A stretch of 64,000 nt of DNA from an uncultured archaeon (GCA_964551725.1 CAZKED010000003.1:1-64000); one strand, 5' to 3'. Shown: positions 30,409 through 40,290, counted from the first letter of the stretch. Translations and numbers: made by a program. Notes: generated from the letters alone by a model not told the origin.

Positions 30409-30612
30409 ATGGAGATGAGTGAATGCCCCAAGTGCGGTTCAAGGGAGATAGACAGGGGAAGGATTACGTCAAGCAGCTGGCAGCCGAGGTACATATCGGA
30501 CAAGCAGAAGGCGCTTAAAATACCCCCCAAAGTCATTTCCTGCGTCTGCCTGCATTGTGGGTACGTTGAACTTTACACCGACGCGGAAAAGGTAAGGGAG
30601 AACAGGAAGTAA
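30409..30612 (+). CDS. small zinc-ribbon protein, paralog of 28812..29003
   Basis: CPKCGS...CLHCGYVELY. Confidence 0.85.
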   Translation: MEMSECPKCGSREIDRGRITSSSWQPRYISDKQKALKIPPKVISCVCLHCGYVELYTDAEKVRENRK

Positions 30613-30648
30613 TAGCAAAACCAGAGGCCTGATCCGCGCAGGGAAAAG

Positions 30649-30735
30649 CGGAGGGGGCGGGATTTGAACCCGCGCGGGCACAATGCCCAGCAGCTTAGCA
30701 GGCTGCCGCCGTAGACCGGACTGGGCCACCCCTCC
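30649..30735 (-). tRNA. tRNA-Ser(GCU)
   Basis: Acceptor GGAGGGG/CCCCUCC+G, anticodon stem GCAGC/GCUGC with loop CU-GCU-AA, long variable arm GGGCA/UGCCC, T-loop UUCAAAU. Confidence 0.96.
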
Positions 30736-30804
30736 ATTCAGCAGCCGGGCACTAATTAAATGCATGGAAAAGTATTAAAAAAAGGAATTGCCAAAGTCTA
30801 ATGT

Positions 30805-31143
30805 ATGCCCAGTGAATGGGAAATAAGGAAACTCGAGGAAGAGAAGGCGGAAGAAGCCGCCGAAAAAATGAGAGCCCCGTCGCCGCATTTCGCGGTAATG
30901 ATAGGCCTGCTCATGGGTTTCACTGCGTTCTTTATAACTGTTTTTTCAATTCCGTTTATGGGAATCATAGCGGGATGGGCCTTTGTTCTCGTTGTAATGA
31001 ACCTTTCCTACCTCGCCGTCTATCCCGAGGTATTCAAGAGGGTTACCGCAGGCGACCTGTGGTACATTATAGTGGACCTCTCGTTTTTTGTCGCGGGATA
31101 CGCGGTAGGCGCTCTGACCTATTTCCTGCTGTCGCTCAAATGA
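30805..31143 (+). CDS. small 3-TM membrane protein
   Basis: Charged N-terminus followed by three hydrophobic segments. Confidence 0.7.
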   Translation: MPSEWEIRKLEEEKAEEAAEKMRAPSPHFAVMIGLLMGFTAFFITVFSIPFMGIIAGWAFVLVVMNLSYLAVYPEVFKRVTAGDLWYIIVDLSFFVAGYAVGALTYFLLSLK

Positions 31144-31208
31144 GCTCGAAAAGAGGCATAAAAAAACATTTAAACAATTGCCTGGTTTTTATTCTATAAG
31201 AAAAAGGT

Positions 31209-32990
31209 GTGGAAATGCGCACTCCAAAAATCACACTGAGAAAAATTTATTCCGGCGACAGGGTTGCGGAAATAGGCGATGATACAATAACAATAAGCGT
31301 TAACGTAAACCTGAGCGAAAAAAAAGCGCTTGCTTCCGCCAGAAAACTCCTGAGAAAGGGCGAAAAGCCCGTGCGCCTTACAATAAGCCTGTGCCCCGAA
31401 TGCTATGAGGAGAAAAAGTATTCGGAGATGCGCGTGCCAGCGCTGATTTTCGAACGCGACAGCGAAATATGGATGCGCAAAAAATGCAGCAAGCACGGCA
31501 CTATTGAAGAAAAATACTGGGAGGACGCTGGTTACTATTACAGGCAGATGTTTTACGCTGACCCCGGCATAGAGTTGGAAAAAGTGCAGGTGGACAAGCC
31601 CTTGAGGGAACTTCGCTGTCCCCTGGACTGCGGCCTCTGCAACCAGCATAAATCGCATACCTCGCTTGCGAACATTGTCGTAACAAACCGCTGCGATTTA
31701 ACCTGCTGGTACTGCTTTTTTTACGCCAAAAAAAACGACCCTATTTACGAGCCCTCAATGGAGCAGATACGAAAAATGCTCCGCGTGCTGCGCTCGGAAA
31801 GGCCTGTTTCGCCCAATGCAGTGCAGTTAACCGGGGGCGAACCCGCACTGCGAAAGGACATCGTGGACATAGTGAAACTGTGCAGGGAAGAGGGCTTCGA
31901 ACACGTGCAGTTCAACACCAACGCAATTGAACTCTCTCGAAAGCCGGCGCTTGCAAAAAAACTTGTGGACGCCGGCGCTAACGTGCTCTACCTGAGCTTT
32001 GACGGCGTCACGCCGCAGTCCAATCCCAAGAACTTCTGGGAAATCCCAAAAGCGATTGAAAACGTGCGGAAGGCGAAAAACTGCGGCGTTGTTTTGGTTC
32101 CAACAGTAATAAACGGGGTGAACACGCACGAAATAGGGGACATTATACGCTATGCCGCAGCCAAGGTTGACATTGTGCGCGGAGTAAACTTCCAGCCGGT
32201 TTCCCTGGTCGGAATGATGCCGCACAACGAGCGAAAAAAACAGCGCATCACAATACCGAAAACAATAAAACTCATAGAAGAGCAGACCTCGGGGCAGATT
32301 ACGCTGGACGATTTTTACACCGTGCCCTGCGTTACCGCAATCACTAATTTCGTTGAATCCATTACACAGAAGCCGGAGTACAGGTTTTCAACACACTTTG
32401 TCTGCGGTGCCGCAACATATGCATTCATCGACGAGAAAAACGACTTTGTGCCCATCACGCGGTTCGTGGATGTCGAAGGACTGTTCGATTACCTCAACGG
32501 GCTTTCGAGGCAGATTAAAAAAATGCCCATTAAGAGCGTGGGAAAAGTTATAAGCGCGAGCAGGCTGTTGTACAACCTCAATTCATTCATCGACAGGGGG
32601 AAACAACCGAAGAACCTCGAACTGGGAAAGCTTCTCACCCGCGCGCTGATCTCAGGAACATACGACGGTTTAAAGGAATTCCATTACAAGAGCCTGTTCC
32701 TCGGAATGATGCATTTCCAGGACCTCTACAATTTCGACGTTGACCGCGTTGAAAGGTGCTGCATCCATTACGCCCTGCCGGACGGCAGGATTGTGCCTTT
32801 CTGCGCGCACAATGTTGTTCCAGAACTCTACCGCGACAAAGTGCAGAGGGAGTATTCCATTTCCCCGAAGGAATGGGAGAAAAGAAACCATGCAAAACTC
32901 AAGGACGACAGGTATGTGCGCAAGGTTACGGAAAAGGATACGAAAAGGATTCAAAAACATTACAGGGACGCAATTGAAAAATTCAAGTGA
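31209..32990 (+). CDS. tes: radical SAM enzyme, tetraether lipid synthase (Tes/GDGT-MAS) family
   Basis: SLCPEC...KKCSKHG, CPLDCGLC..H, TNRCDLTCWYCF, RGVNFQPVS, STHFVCG, RCCIHYALPDGRIVPFCAHN. Confidence 0.8.
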   Translation: MEMRTPKITLRKIYSGDRVAEIGDDTITISVNVNLSEKKALASARKLLRKGEKPVRLTISLCPECYEEKKYSEMRVPALIFERDSEIWMRKKCSKHGTIEEKYWEDAGYYYRQMFYADPGIELEKVQVDKPLRELRCPLDCGLCNQHKSHTSLANIVVTNRCDLTCWYCFFYAKKNDPIYEPSMEQIRKMLRVLRSERPVSPNAVQLTGGEPALRKDIVDIVKLCREEGFEHVQFNTNAIELSRKPALAKKLVDAGANVLYLSFDGVTPQSNPKNFWEIPKAIENVRKAKNCGVVLVPTVINGVNTHEIGDIIRYAAAKVDIVRGVNFQPVSLVGMMPHNERKKQRITIPKTIKLIEEQTSGQITLDDFYTVPCVTAITNFVESITQKPEYRFSTHFVCGAATYAFIDEKNDFVPITRFVDVEGLFDYLNGLSRQIKKMPIKSVGKVISASRLLYNLNSFIDRGKQPKNLELGKLLTRALISGTYDGLKEFHYKSLFLGMMHFQDLYNFDVDRVERCCIHYALPDGRIVPFCAHNVVPELYRDKVQREYSISPKEWEKRNHAKLKDDRYVRKVTEKDTKRIQKHYRDAIEKFK

Positions 32991-33004
32991 TTCTTTTTAC
33001 CTGC

Positions 33005-33514
33005 TTATTTTATCATGTCCGCCACGCTTGCGCTCATTGACGCCGGAAAGGAAACAATTGCGGCACGGCTGAATGCCACAAGAGGAGCGGAATCCCAGGG
33101 AGCCCGCTGTATCAGCGTTAAAAGCGCGGATACAACCAAAAAGGAAACAAAATAGGTAACCACAACTCTTTTGACGAATTCCGGCCAGTGCCTTTTCATT
33201 TGCCCGCGGTAATAGTTGTAGTAAACAAAGGAACTTATGAAAACAAGGGAGACGAACAGGAGCCCCAAAACGTTCTGCAGGGGCAGTGTTTCCCCGAGCC
33301 TCCACGTTTCCTCCGTGAAAGCGACAGGAATAGCCAGAATTGACGCGCCGACAATGACCTGCATCACATCCCTCGGATAAAACCTGACCATTACCGGCTT
33401 TATCATTTTGTGCAGTACCTTTCCCTTTTTGTCAAAGACAGTTACAAGCTCTGAGGGATGGCCCAAAACGCTTATAATCTCTTTCGTGCTCCTGAGCTTC
33501 TTTTCCTCGGGCAT
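33005..33514 (-). CDS. DUF2391-like membrane protein
   Basis: DVMQVIVGASILAIPVAFTEETW; FPASMSA. Confidence 0.75.
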   Translation of the reverse strand: MPEEKKLRSTKEIISVLGHPSELVTVFDKKGKVLHKMIKPVMVRFYPRDVMQVIVGASILAIPVAFTEETWRLGETLPLQNVLGLLFVSLVFISSFVYYNYYRGQMKRHWPEFVKRVVVTYFVSFLVVSALLTLIQRAPWDSAPLVAFSRAAIVSFPASMSASVADMIK

Positions 33515-33577
33515 TCAGTATTATTGGAAAAGCAATCTTTTTAAGCAGTAAAGGGCTATTCTAAAAGGGTGGTTTGA

Positions 33578-34024
33578 GTGTTAAAATGCTTCAAGAAACT
33601 CAACTGGAAGAAAATAATAATATCAACAGTCCTGGGGGGAATTGCTCTCTTTGTGCTTTCATTTGTTTTCACGGCGATTTGGAGTGCATTGTTCCCGCAG
33701 TACAATATTTTCAGCATCGGGGGAATGCGGTCGGTTGACGACCCGGTGCTGGCGTGGTTTTATGCCTACCCTTTCGTTCTGGCTTTCTTTTTCAACATTG
33801 CCTACAGCATACTGCATACAGCGGTAAAGGAAGACACGTTATTCAAGCAGGGGCTTGCATTCGGCATAACGGTCTGGGTGCTATTTTCACTTTCAGGGTT
33901 GTTCCTTATATGGAGTTCAATGGACTACGGTGAAACCTTTTTGCTCACAAAATTCACAGGGGACCTTGTTTACTTCGCGGTGCTGGGAATAATTGCGGCG
34001 TGGACCTTCCGTGAATTCAAATGA
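33578..34024 (+). CDS. 4-TM membrane protein
   Basis: Four hydrophobic helices; GTG start with GGTGG SD. Confidence 0.7.
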   Translation: MLKCFKKLNWKKIIISTVLGGIALFVLSFVFTAIWSALFPQYNIFSIGGMRSVDDPVLAWFYAYPFVLAFFFNIAYSILHTAVKEDTLFKQGLAFGITVWVLFSLSGLFLIWSSMDYGETFLLTKFTGDLVYFAVLGIIAAWTFREFK

Positions 34025-34094
34025 AAACCCGTGCCCGCCAGGGGTAAAACATTAAAAGCGTTGCGCAAAAATATTAGTAGTAACATACAACAGT

Positions 34095-34166
34095 GCCTTG
34101 GTAGTCTAAAGGTTAGGATGCGGCCCTGTCGAGGCTGCGATTCGGGTTCGATTCCCGGCCAAGGCG
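34095..34166 (+). tRNA. tRNA-Asp(GUC)
   Basis: Acceptor GCCUUGG/CCAAGGC+G, anticodon stem CGGCC/GGCUG with loop CU-GUC-GA, T-loop UUCGAUU. Confidence 0.96.
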
Positions 34167-34227
34167 AATCAGGCAATTGGCGAACTTCGGTTCGTCTTTT
34201 GCCATTCTGGTTTATGGGGGAAAGCAA

Positions 34228-35223
34228 ATGAGATTGGCTGCAACAATTCCATTGGCAGCATTGCTGCTCGCTTTTTCTTTCCTTTCCGGCTGCCCGCAGC
34301 AGCCGGACTGCGGGGGGCATTCCCTGGGAGAGCAATGGATTGCTGACGATAACTGCAACACCTGCACCTGCACCGAGCACGGAACAGCGTGCACTGAAAT
34401 CGCATGTGAGCCGGAAGATTACTGCGAGGAAGCAGCGGACTGCGAGGAAAAAGACCTGGCGCACATAATGTGCGTGGGGCACTGGGAATGCGAAAACAAC
34501 AAGTGCGCCTGGAAGTGCGAGGAATCCGACGCGGAGGGAACGGGCATGACGGAAATGGAAGCGAAGGAAATAGCGGAAAGGTACGTGCGCAAAATGGGGC
34601 AGTACAGGGAAAACACCGGAATAAACCTCAAGACCGCGAGTGCGGAGGAACTGGAGTGCAAGGGCTGCTGGGCACTGAAACTGGAATTCGATTTTTTGAC
34701 GGACGAAAACGCAAAGGAAGTGAAAACCGCTTATGCGCTGGTTGAAATAAGGGAAGGCGAAGTGGCGGAGCACGCGATTTCAACCACGGGCTCGAGGGCT
34801 GTGGAAAAAGGAAACAACGTAAAAGTTCATTACGTTGGCACGCTTGATGATGGCACAGAATTCGATTCCTCGCTCGGCAAGGAACCGCTTGAGTTTGAGG
34901 CAGGAGCCGGAGAAATGATCGGGGGATTCGATGCCGCTGTGATAGGGATGGAAATTGGCGAGGAGAAGAACGTGCGCTTGCCTCCGGAGGAAGCTTATGG
35001 AGAATACAATCCCGCACTGGTAATGCTGGTTCCGAGGAAGCAGATAGTCATGGAACAGGAACTGGAAGCCGGGCTGATGGTTGCATTGAACCAGCCCGAC
35101 GGAACGCTTGTGCCGGCAACAATCCTTGACTTCAATGCTGATTTTGTAAGACTGGACCTCAACCCGCCGCTGGCGGGAAAAGCGCTCAATTTCTGGATTA
35201 AGGTAGTGGAAATTTCGGGCTGA
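34228..35223 (+). CDS. lipoprotein with Cys-rich domains fused to a SlyD-type FKBP PPIase
   Basis: LSGC lipobox; CNTCTC..G..CT...C; VKVHYVGTLDDGTEFDSS, PPEEAYG, DLNPPLAGKALNF. Confidence 0.88.
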   Translation: MRLAATIPLAALLLAFSFLSGCPQQPDCGGHSLGEQWIADDNCNTCTCTEHGTACTEIACEPEDYCEEAADCEEKDLAHIMCVGHWECENNKCAWKCEESDAEGTGMTEMEAKEIAERYVRKMGQYRENTGINLKTASAEELECKGCWALKLEFDFLTDENAKEVKTAYALVEIREGEVAEHAISTTGSRAVEKGNNVKVHYVGTLDDGTEFDSSLGKEPLEFEAGAGEMIGGFDAAVIGMEIGEEKNVRLPPEEAYGEYNPALVMLVPRKQIVMEQELEAGLMVALNQPDGTLVPATILDFNADFVRLDLNPPLAGKALNFWIKVVEISG

Positions 35224-35275
35224 GCAAAGACAGGCGCGAAAACAATTTAAAAAGCTTTCTTTGGGTTACTGCTGT

Positions 35276-36295
35276 ATGGGAAAAATTTCCGGCAACCGGG
35301 AAAAAAAAGCGATAAATGTCCGCAGTCTGGGCAAGTCCTACGGAAAACTGAAAGCAGTTGACTCCGTAAGTTTTTCTATCGAGGAAGGGGAGATTTTCGG
35401 GCTGCTCGGACCCAATGGCGCTGGAAAGACAACGCTAATTTCAATGCTTGTCACAATGCGGAAGCCTTCCTCCGGCTCCGCTGAAGTCAACGGCTTCGAC
35501 GTGGCAGGGCAGCCCGGAGCGGTCAGGAAAAGCATAGGAATCGTTTTCCAGGACCCGAGCCTCGACGAGGAGTTGACTGCAATTGAAAACCTGGAAATGC
35601 ATGCAGCGCTTTACGGCGTTCCGGGAGCGGAGAGAAAGGGGAGAATCGGGGGCGTACTAAAACTCGTGGGGCTCGAAAAGAATTCAAAAATGCAGGTGAA
35701 AAAGTTTTCAGGCGGAATGAAGCGCCGCCTTGAGATAGCGCGCGGCTTGGTGCACCATCCGCGTATTCTCTTCCTTGACGAGCCCACTCTCGGTCTAGAC
35801 CCGCAGACAAGAGCCGGAATATGGGAGCACATAAGGGAACTGAACAAAAGGGAGGGCATTACCATAATTCTCACCACGCATTACATGGACGAAGCGGACA
35901 GCGTTTGCGGAAAAGTGGCCATAATAGACCACGGCAGAATAATAGCTTCCGGCGCTCCCGCACAGTTGAAAGACGAACTGGGCGGCGACATAATTTCAAT
36001 CAAGTGCTCCGCCAGCGAAAAATGCGTTGATGGACTGCGAAAACTGAAATGGGTGAAATCCGCGGTCAGGCACAACGGCTTCATAAGCGTGCGCGTGCAA
36101 AAGGGCGAGGAAAAAATCCCAAAAATACTCTTCTTGATGGAAAAAAACGGAGTGAGCGTTGAATCGGTGAGCCTGAGAAAGCCCTCCCTGGACGACGTGT
36201 TCCTCCACTACACCGGGAGGACGATAAGGGAAGAGGAAGCAAAGCCTTTGGAGGCAATGCGCCTGAGGAGAAAGGCGAGGACGGGAAGAAAATGA
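35276..36295 (+). CDS. ABC exporter ATP-binding subunit (DrrA-like)
   Basis: GPNGAGKT, FSGGMKRR, LFLDEPT, TTHYM. Confidence 0.95.
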   Translation: MGKISGNREKKAINVRSLGKSYGKLKAVDSVSFSIEEGEIFGLLGPNGAGKTTLISMLVTMRKPSSGSAEVNGFDVAGQPGAVRKSIGIVFQDPSLDEELTAIENLEMHAALYGVPGAERKGRIGGVLKLVGLEKNSKMQVKKFSGGMKRRLEIARGLVHHPRILFLDEPTLGLDPQTRAGIWEHIRELNKREGITIILTTHYMDEADSVCGKVAIIDHGRIIASGAPAQLKDELGGDIISIKCSASEKCVDGLRKLKWVKSAVRHNGFISVRVQKGEEKIPKILFLMEKNGVSVESVSLRKPSLDDVFLHYTGRTIREEEAKPLEAMRLRRKARTGRK

Positions 36296-37047
36296 ACCGC
36301 GAAATAGAGGGAATCTACGCCCTCTGGAAGCGTGAAATCATAAGGTTTTACCGCTCAAAGAGCAGGGTCATAGGAAGCCTTGGAATGCCTTTCTTTTTCC
36401 TTGCAATCCTCGGAACAGGACTCAACAACGTATTCAGCGTTCCTTCCGGTGGCAATTACCTTCAATTCATTGCCCCGGGCATAGTTGCAATGGTTTTAAT
36501 GTTCGGCTCGATTTTTGCAGGCGTGATTGTTTTAATGGACCGCCAGTTCGGTTTCCTCAAGGAAACACTTGTCGCCCCAATAAGCAGGCTTTCGGTCGTG
36601 CTCGGAAAAGCACTGGGCGGGGCGACAACCGCGGTAATGCAGGGCGCCATAATAATGGGGATTGCAGTCCTCCTCGGCGCGGAAATGCAGCTGGGCGGAA
36701 TGCTGCTCGTGCTGCCTTTCATGTTTCTGGTTTCATTGATGTTTGTTTCCCTCGGCATAGCGATTGCCTCAATGCTCGAGGACATGCACGGGTTCCAGCT
36801 GATAGTGAATTTTCTCCTGATGCCAATGTTTTTCCTGAGCGGCGCGTTGTTTCCGCTTTCCTCCGCGCCGGAATTCCTGCGCATCGCGTCTTTCCTTGAT
36901 CCTTTGACTTACGGGGTGAACGGTCTGAGATTCCTTTTGCTGGGGCATTCTGACATCGGATTTTTTGCCTGCCTTGCCGTCATTTCTTTTTTTACAGCGG
37001 TGTTCGTTTCACTCGCGATATTTCTCTTCAACAGGATAGAGGAATGA
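36292..37047 (+). CDS. ABC-2 type permease (DrrB-like)
   Basis: DRQFGFLKETLVAP, FLSGALFP, PLTYGV. Confidence 0.93.
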   Translation: MNREIEGIYALWKREIIRFYRSKSRVIGSLGMPFFFLAILGTGLNNVFSVPSGGNYLQFIAPGIVAMVLMFGSIFAGVIVLMDRQFGFLKETLVAPISRLSVVLGKALGGATTAVMQGAIIMGIAVLLGAEMQLGGMLLVLPFMFLVSLMFVSLGIAIASMLEDMHGFQLIVNFLLMPMFFLSGALFPLSSAPEFLRIASFLDPLTYGVNGLRFLLLGHSDIGFFACLAVISFFTAVFVSLAIFLFNRIEE

Positions 37048-37058
37048 GGCATTGCATG

Positions 37059-37562
37059 CTAGGGATTCAGGAGCATTACGTAAAAGTTCAGGAATGCCGC
37101 GAACGAAACCCATGCAATGTAGGGCAGCAGGAGCAATGCCGCGGTTTTCGAAATCCTGTGGAAAAGGAAAATGGTTGCGGCTATTGCTAGCCAAAGGACA
37201 ATTATTTCAAGGAAAGCGAAAGGCGGGCTGCGCAGCCCGAAAAAAAGAAAGGACCAGAGCGCGTTGAGGAAAAGCTGGACTGAAAAAACCGACAGCGGAA
37301 ATTCGTTTTTCCTTATTCCCCTACTTAAAACAAGGAAAAGGGAGATTCCCATGAGGACGTAGAGAAGCGTCCACACAGGAGCAAAAAGCCAGTTGGGCGG
37401 GCTGAAAAAGGGCTTGTTCAGCGAGGCATACCATGTCGGAATGCTCGGCGCTGTGAAGACTGAACCAATGAAGCCGGCGGAAAGGCATATTAAGACGGAA
37501 AAAACAAGCAAAAACAGGTTTTTAAAACTAAAGCCCGCTTTTACTGAATTCTTTAAATTCAT
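37059..37562 (-). CDS. tspO: TspO/MBR tryptophan-rich sensory protein
   Basis: WYASLNKPFFSPPNWLFAPVWT, LNALWS.LFFG, PYIAWVSFA. Confidence 0.95.
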   Translation of the reverse strand: MNLKNSVKAGFSFKNLFLLVFSVLICLSAGFIGSVFTAPSIPTWYASLNKPFFSPPNWLFAPVWTLLYVLMGISLFLVLSRGIRKNEFPLSVFSVQLFLNALWSFLFFGLRSPPFAFLEIIVLWLAIAATIFLFHRISKTAALLLLPYIAWVSFAAFLNFYVMLLNP

Positions 37563-37638
37563 TAAATTATTGGCGCGATAGGCATTAAATTGGCTTTGCT
37601 TTTGAATTCTGCCGCAAAAAAACCGCTTTTTTCTACGG

Positions 37639-39378
37639 CTAATCAGAAAAAAACCTCATTATTGCCCCGGAAAGGGACTTTCCTTTTCTGTGTTCCGCGG
37701 GGCTTTTCCCCGGCTTCAGCCCTTTCACTGCCCGGTCAAGTCTTGACTTTATCTTCGCAACAGCCCTTCTCTCCCTCAGAGCGGAGCGGAAAATATTCCT
37801 CATCGTTTCCTCTTCAACGAAAACGGATTTTCTTTCAATCAGGCGGATTTTTCTCTCAAGAGCAGCAAGTTTTTTCAGTTCAGAATTAATCGAAGCATAG
37901 AGCGCCCTGAGCAGTTCCCATCTGCTTCTCGAAATCCCCGAAAGGGAGATAAGCCCCATTGCCCTCTTTCTCATTCCCTTGAGCTTCCGTATTTCGGGAA
38001 GTATTACCCTGCCCAGGTTGGCGTAAATAAGCGAAGCCGCGCTCCTGCTCTTAAGCACAACAATGTTCTGGAAATTCATGTGGGCGTAGGCAAGGCTTCC
38101 TGAAACAATTTCAAAGAAAACTATTTTTGACGGAACCCTCCTGGTTCTCGGCTCGTCGATTCCCTTCAGTGCAAGCAGCGAGGAAAACCTGAAAACCGCG
38201 GAGAGCAAAAAAACGAATTTGAGGTCCTCAACGAAAAAAAACGCCGCACCACTGAAAAATTCGGCGAGCATTCCCCCGATGGCTGGAGCGAAAACAAGGG
38301 GAACGCCCACTATCGTTCCAAGCAGTGCCAAAAACCTCGGCTTGCGTTCCCCGGGAACAATGTCCAGCTGGTAAGTGAATGCGGAAAGGGTAAAACCACC
38401 CCAGAAAACTCCCGCCAGCAAATTTATCGCAACGGCATGCCAGGGGCGCGTTACAAAAAGCCAAGCCAAAGGCACGAAAGAAATTCCCGCAGCACAAATT
38501 ATCAATATCGCGCGGTTTCCGTATTTGTCCGCCAGGGGACCCCAGTGCTTGAGGGAAAAAACGCTTCCCAGACCGAGCGAAAACGCCGCAAGGGGAACCC
38601 AGTACGCTTCCGCGGCAAGGTTTTTGAGTATGAAGGCGTCCCAGAAAGGGCTCGAAATTCCGAGCCCGAAATTCCACAGCAAAAAGAAAACAACAAACCA
38701 CTTGAAATTTCTTTTTCTCAGCAGTGCCCTGAAACTTGTTTTCAGCGATTCCCACTTAAGGGGCTTTATTGCAGGCGGCTCGTAAATGGAGGAAACCAGT
38801 AAGACCGCTGCAACGGCAAAGGCAATGGCTATAAGGAAAAGCAGCTGGAAGCCCCAAAGCGGGTCACGGGAAAAAACGGCCACAAAAAGAGCGCCCAGCA
38901 AAAGGCTGAACAAAGAGGCAAGACCCATCGCATAATTCCTTTTGCCGAAATACTTTCCGCGGGAATTAACCTCGACCAGGTCCCCCATCCAGGAACTCCA
39001 GGCAGGGGACATGACGCTCAGGAAAAAAGCGTAAACCACGACGAAGAGGAGGAGGAAAAAAAACCAGTCCTGCAGGAAAAAGAGGGGGATTAACGCTATT
39101 CCCAGCCACGAAAACTTCGAAGCAGCGGAAGAAACCACTGCAATCAGTTTCCTCCTGCCCTTTCTTTCAACAAGCAAAGCGGAAGGAATCTGCCCGAGCA
39201 GGCTGAAGAGGGCCAAGAAAGCAACCATCAAGCCGAGCTGGAAATTGTTCGCCCCCAGGGTTACGGCAAAAGCCACGAGAAAGGGAGTCGTGAGACTGAG
39301 GAAAACCGTTGCAAAAGCGCCCTCGGCTATCGCCAGAGAAAGACTCTTTCTTATTTTTTCAAAATAATTTCCGTCCAT
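37639..39378 (-). CDS. MFS transporter with soluble basic C-terminal extension
   Basis: About 12 TM segments, WGPLADKYGNR motif A, RGKYFGKR. Confidence 0.88.
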   Translation of the reverse strand: MDGNYFEKIRKSLSLAIAEGAFATVFLSLTTPFLVAFAVTLGANNFQLGLMVAFLALFSLLGQIPSALLVERKGRRKLIAVVSSAASKFSWLGIALIPLFFLQDWFFFLLLFVVVYAFFLSVMSPAWSSWMGDLVEVNSRGKYFGKRNYAMGLASLFSLLLGALFVAVFSRDPLWGFQLLFLIAIAFAVAAVLLVSSIYEPPAIKPLKWESLKTSFRALLRKRNFKWFVVFFLLWNFGLGISSPFWDAFILKNLAAEAYWVPLAAFSLGLGSVFSLKHWGPLADKYGNRAILIICAAGISFVPLAWLFVTRPWHAVAINLLAGVFWGGFTLSAFTYQLDIVPGERKPRFLALLGTIVGVPLVFAPAIGGMLAEFFSGAAFFFVEDLKFVFLLSAVFRFSSLLALKGIDEPRTRRVPSKIVFFEIVSGSLAYAHMNFQNIVVLKSRSAASLIYANLGRVILPEIRKLKGMRKRAMGLISLSGISRSRWELLRALYASINSELKKLAALERKIRLIERKSVFVEEETMRNIFRSALRERRAVAKIKSRLDRAVKGLKPGKSPAEHRKGKSLSGAIMRFFSD

Positions 39379-39480
39379 AACAAAATCGCGTGCAATTAAA
39401 AAAGAAGGCTTTTCATTCGGTAAAAATAATGCGCGTTAAAATTAATAAAACACACCCTGGAAGTTGCCCTTTTTCTGTTC

Positions 39481-40290
39481 CTATTCTCCCTTCCACTTAA
39501 AATAAATATAGAAAACGCCGAGCAAGAAGAAAACAAACACCGCGAGCTCCGCCTGCACTGCGCCGTAATTCGTTGCAACGAACACCGCTACAGCGTCAAC
39601 CGCGGAATGCCAGAGAACCGCGAGGAAAAGCCAAAGCTTTTTTCTCTGCAAAACCGCGGTCAAAACCATTAGTGTCCATGCAACATGCAGGGTTATCGCC
39701 ATAAGCCTTTCCGCCAGCCCTAGCAGGACGTGCAAAGGGTTCAAATTCATTAACTGCTCTATCTGTTCCTGCATTGACTGTACTTCTTCTGCCGTGAGAC
39801 TGCCGCCGTATGCTGCATTAATGTCCGATATCTGTCCGGCGGTGAGGGGCGCCGCGGAAAGGTAAGCCAGGAGGGCAAATGCCACGAGCACTGCAACGGC
39901 AATGCTTTCAATTCCCCCCCAGCCCAGACCGAGCATTACGGCATTCTTCCTGTCCGGCTTTATTTTCTTCCGGGGAAAAAATTTTACAAACACAAGGCAA
40001 CGGCCAATTTCCTCGAACAATCCCGCGAGCAAGCCGGCGTAAGCGGAAAAAACGAGCAGGAGAAAAGGCTGCTCCAGTCCCATGCCGCGGAGAAATTCCG
40101 CGAACGGAACCTGCGTGAACTGAATCAGGGGAATGTGAAAAACCTGCACGAGAACAAAAAAGGCGGCGCCGTAAGCGAAAACCTTTTTGGATATTCCTGT
40201 TCTGCGGGAAAGCCAGAAGGCAATTCCCAGCGGAACGAGAATTTCAAGCGCTGCCACGAGCAGGAACGCTGCAACGACAAGCAAATCCAT
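39481..40290 (-). CDS. YhfC family intramembrane glutamic protease (CPBP clan)
   Basis: AGLFEEIGR, GLGWGGIES, ER..A...H, H...D. Confidence 0.85.
   Translation of the reverse strand: MDLLVVAAFLLVAALEILVPLGIAFWLSRRTGISKKVFAYGAAFFVLVQVFHIPLIQFTQVPFAEFLRGMGLEQPFLLLVFSAYAGLLAGLFEEIGRCLVFVKFFPRKKIKPDRKNAVMLGLGWGGIESIAVAVLVAFALLAYLSAAPLTAGQISDINAAYGGSLTAEEVQSMQEQIEQLMNLNPLHVLLGLAERLMAITLHVAWTLMVLTAVLQRKKLWLFLAVLWHSAVDAVAVFVATNYGAVQAELAVFVFFLLGVFYIYFKWKGE

Noticed and set aside
28812-30735. Integrated mobile element at the tRNA genes
   Set aside because: No integrase and no duplicated tRNA 3' end found by eye
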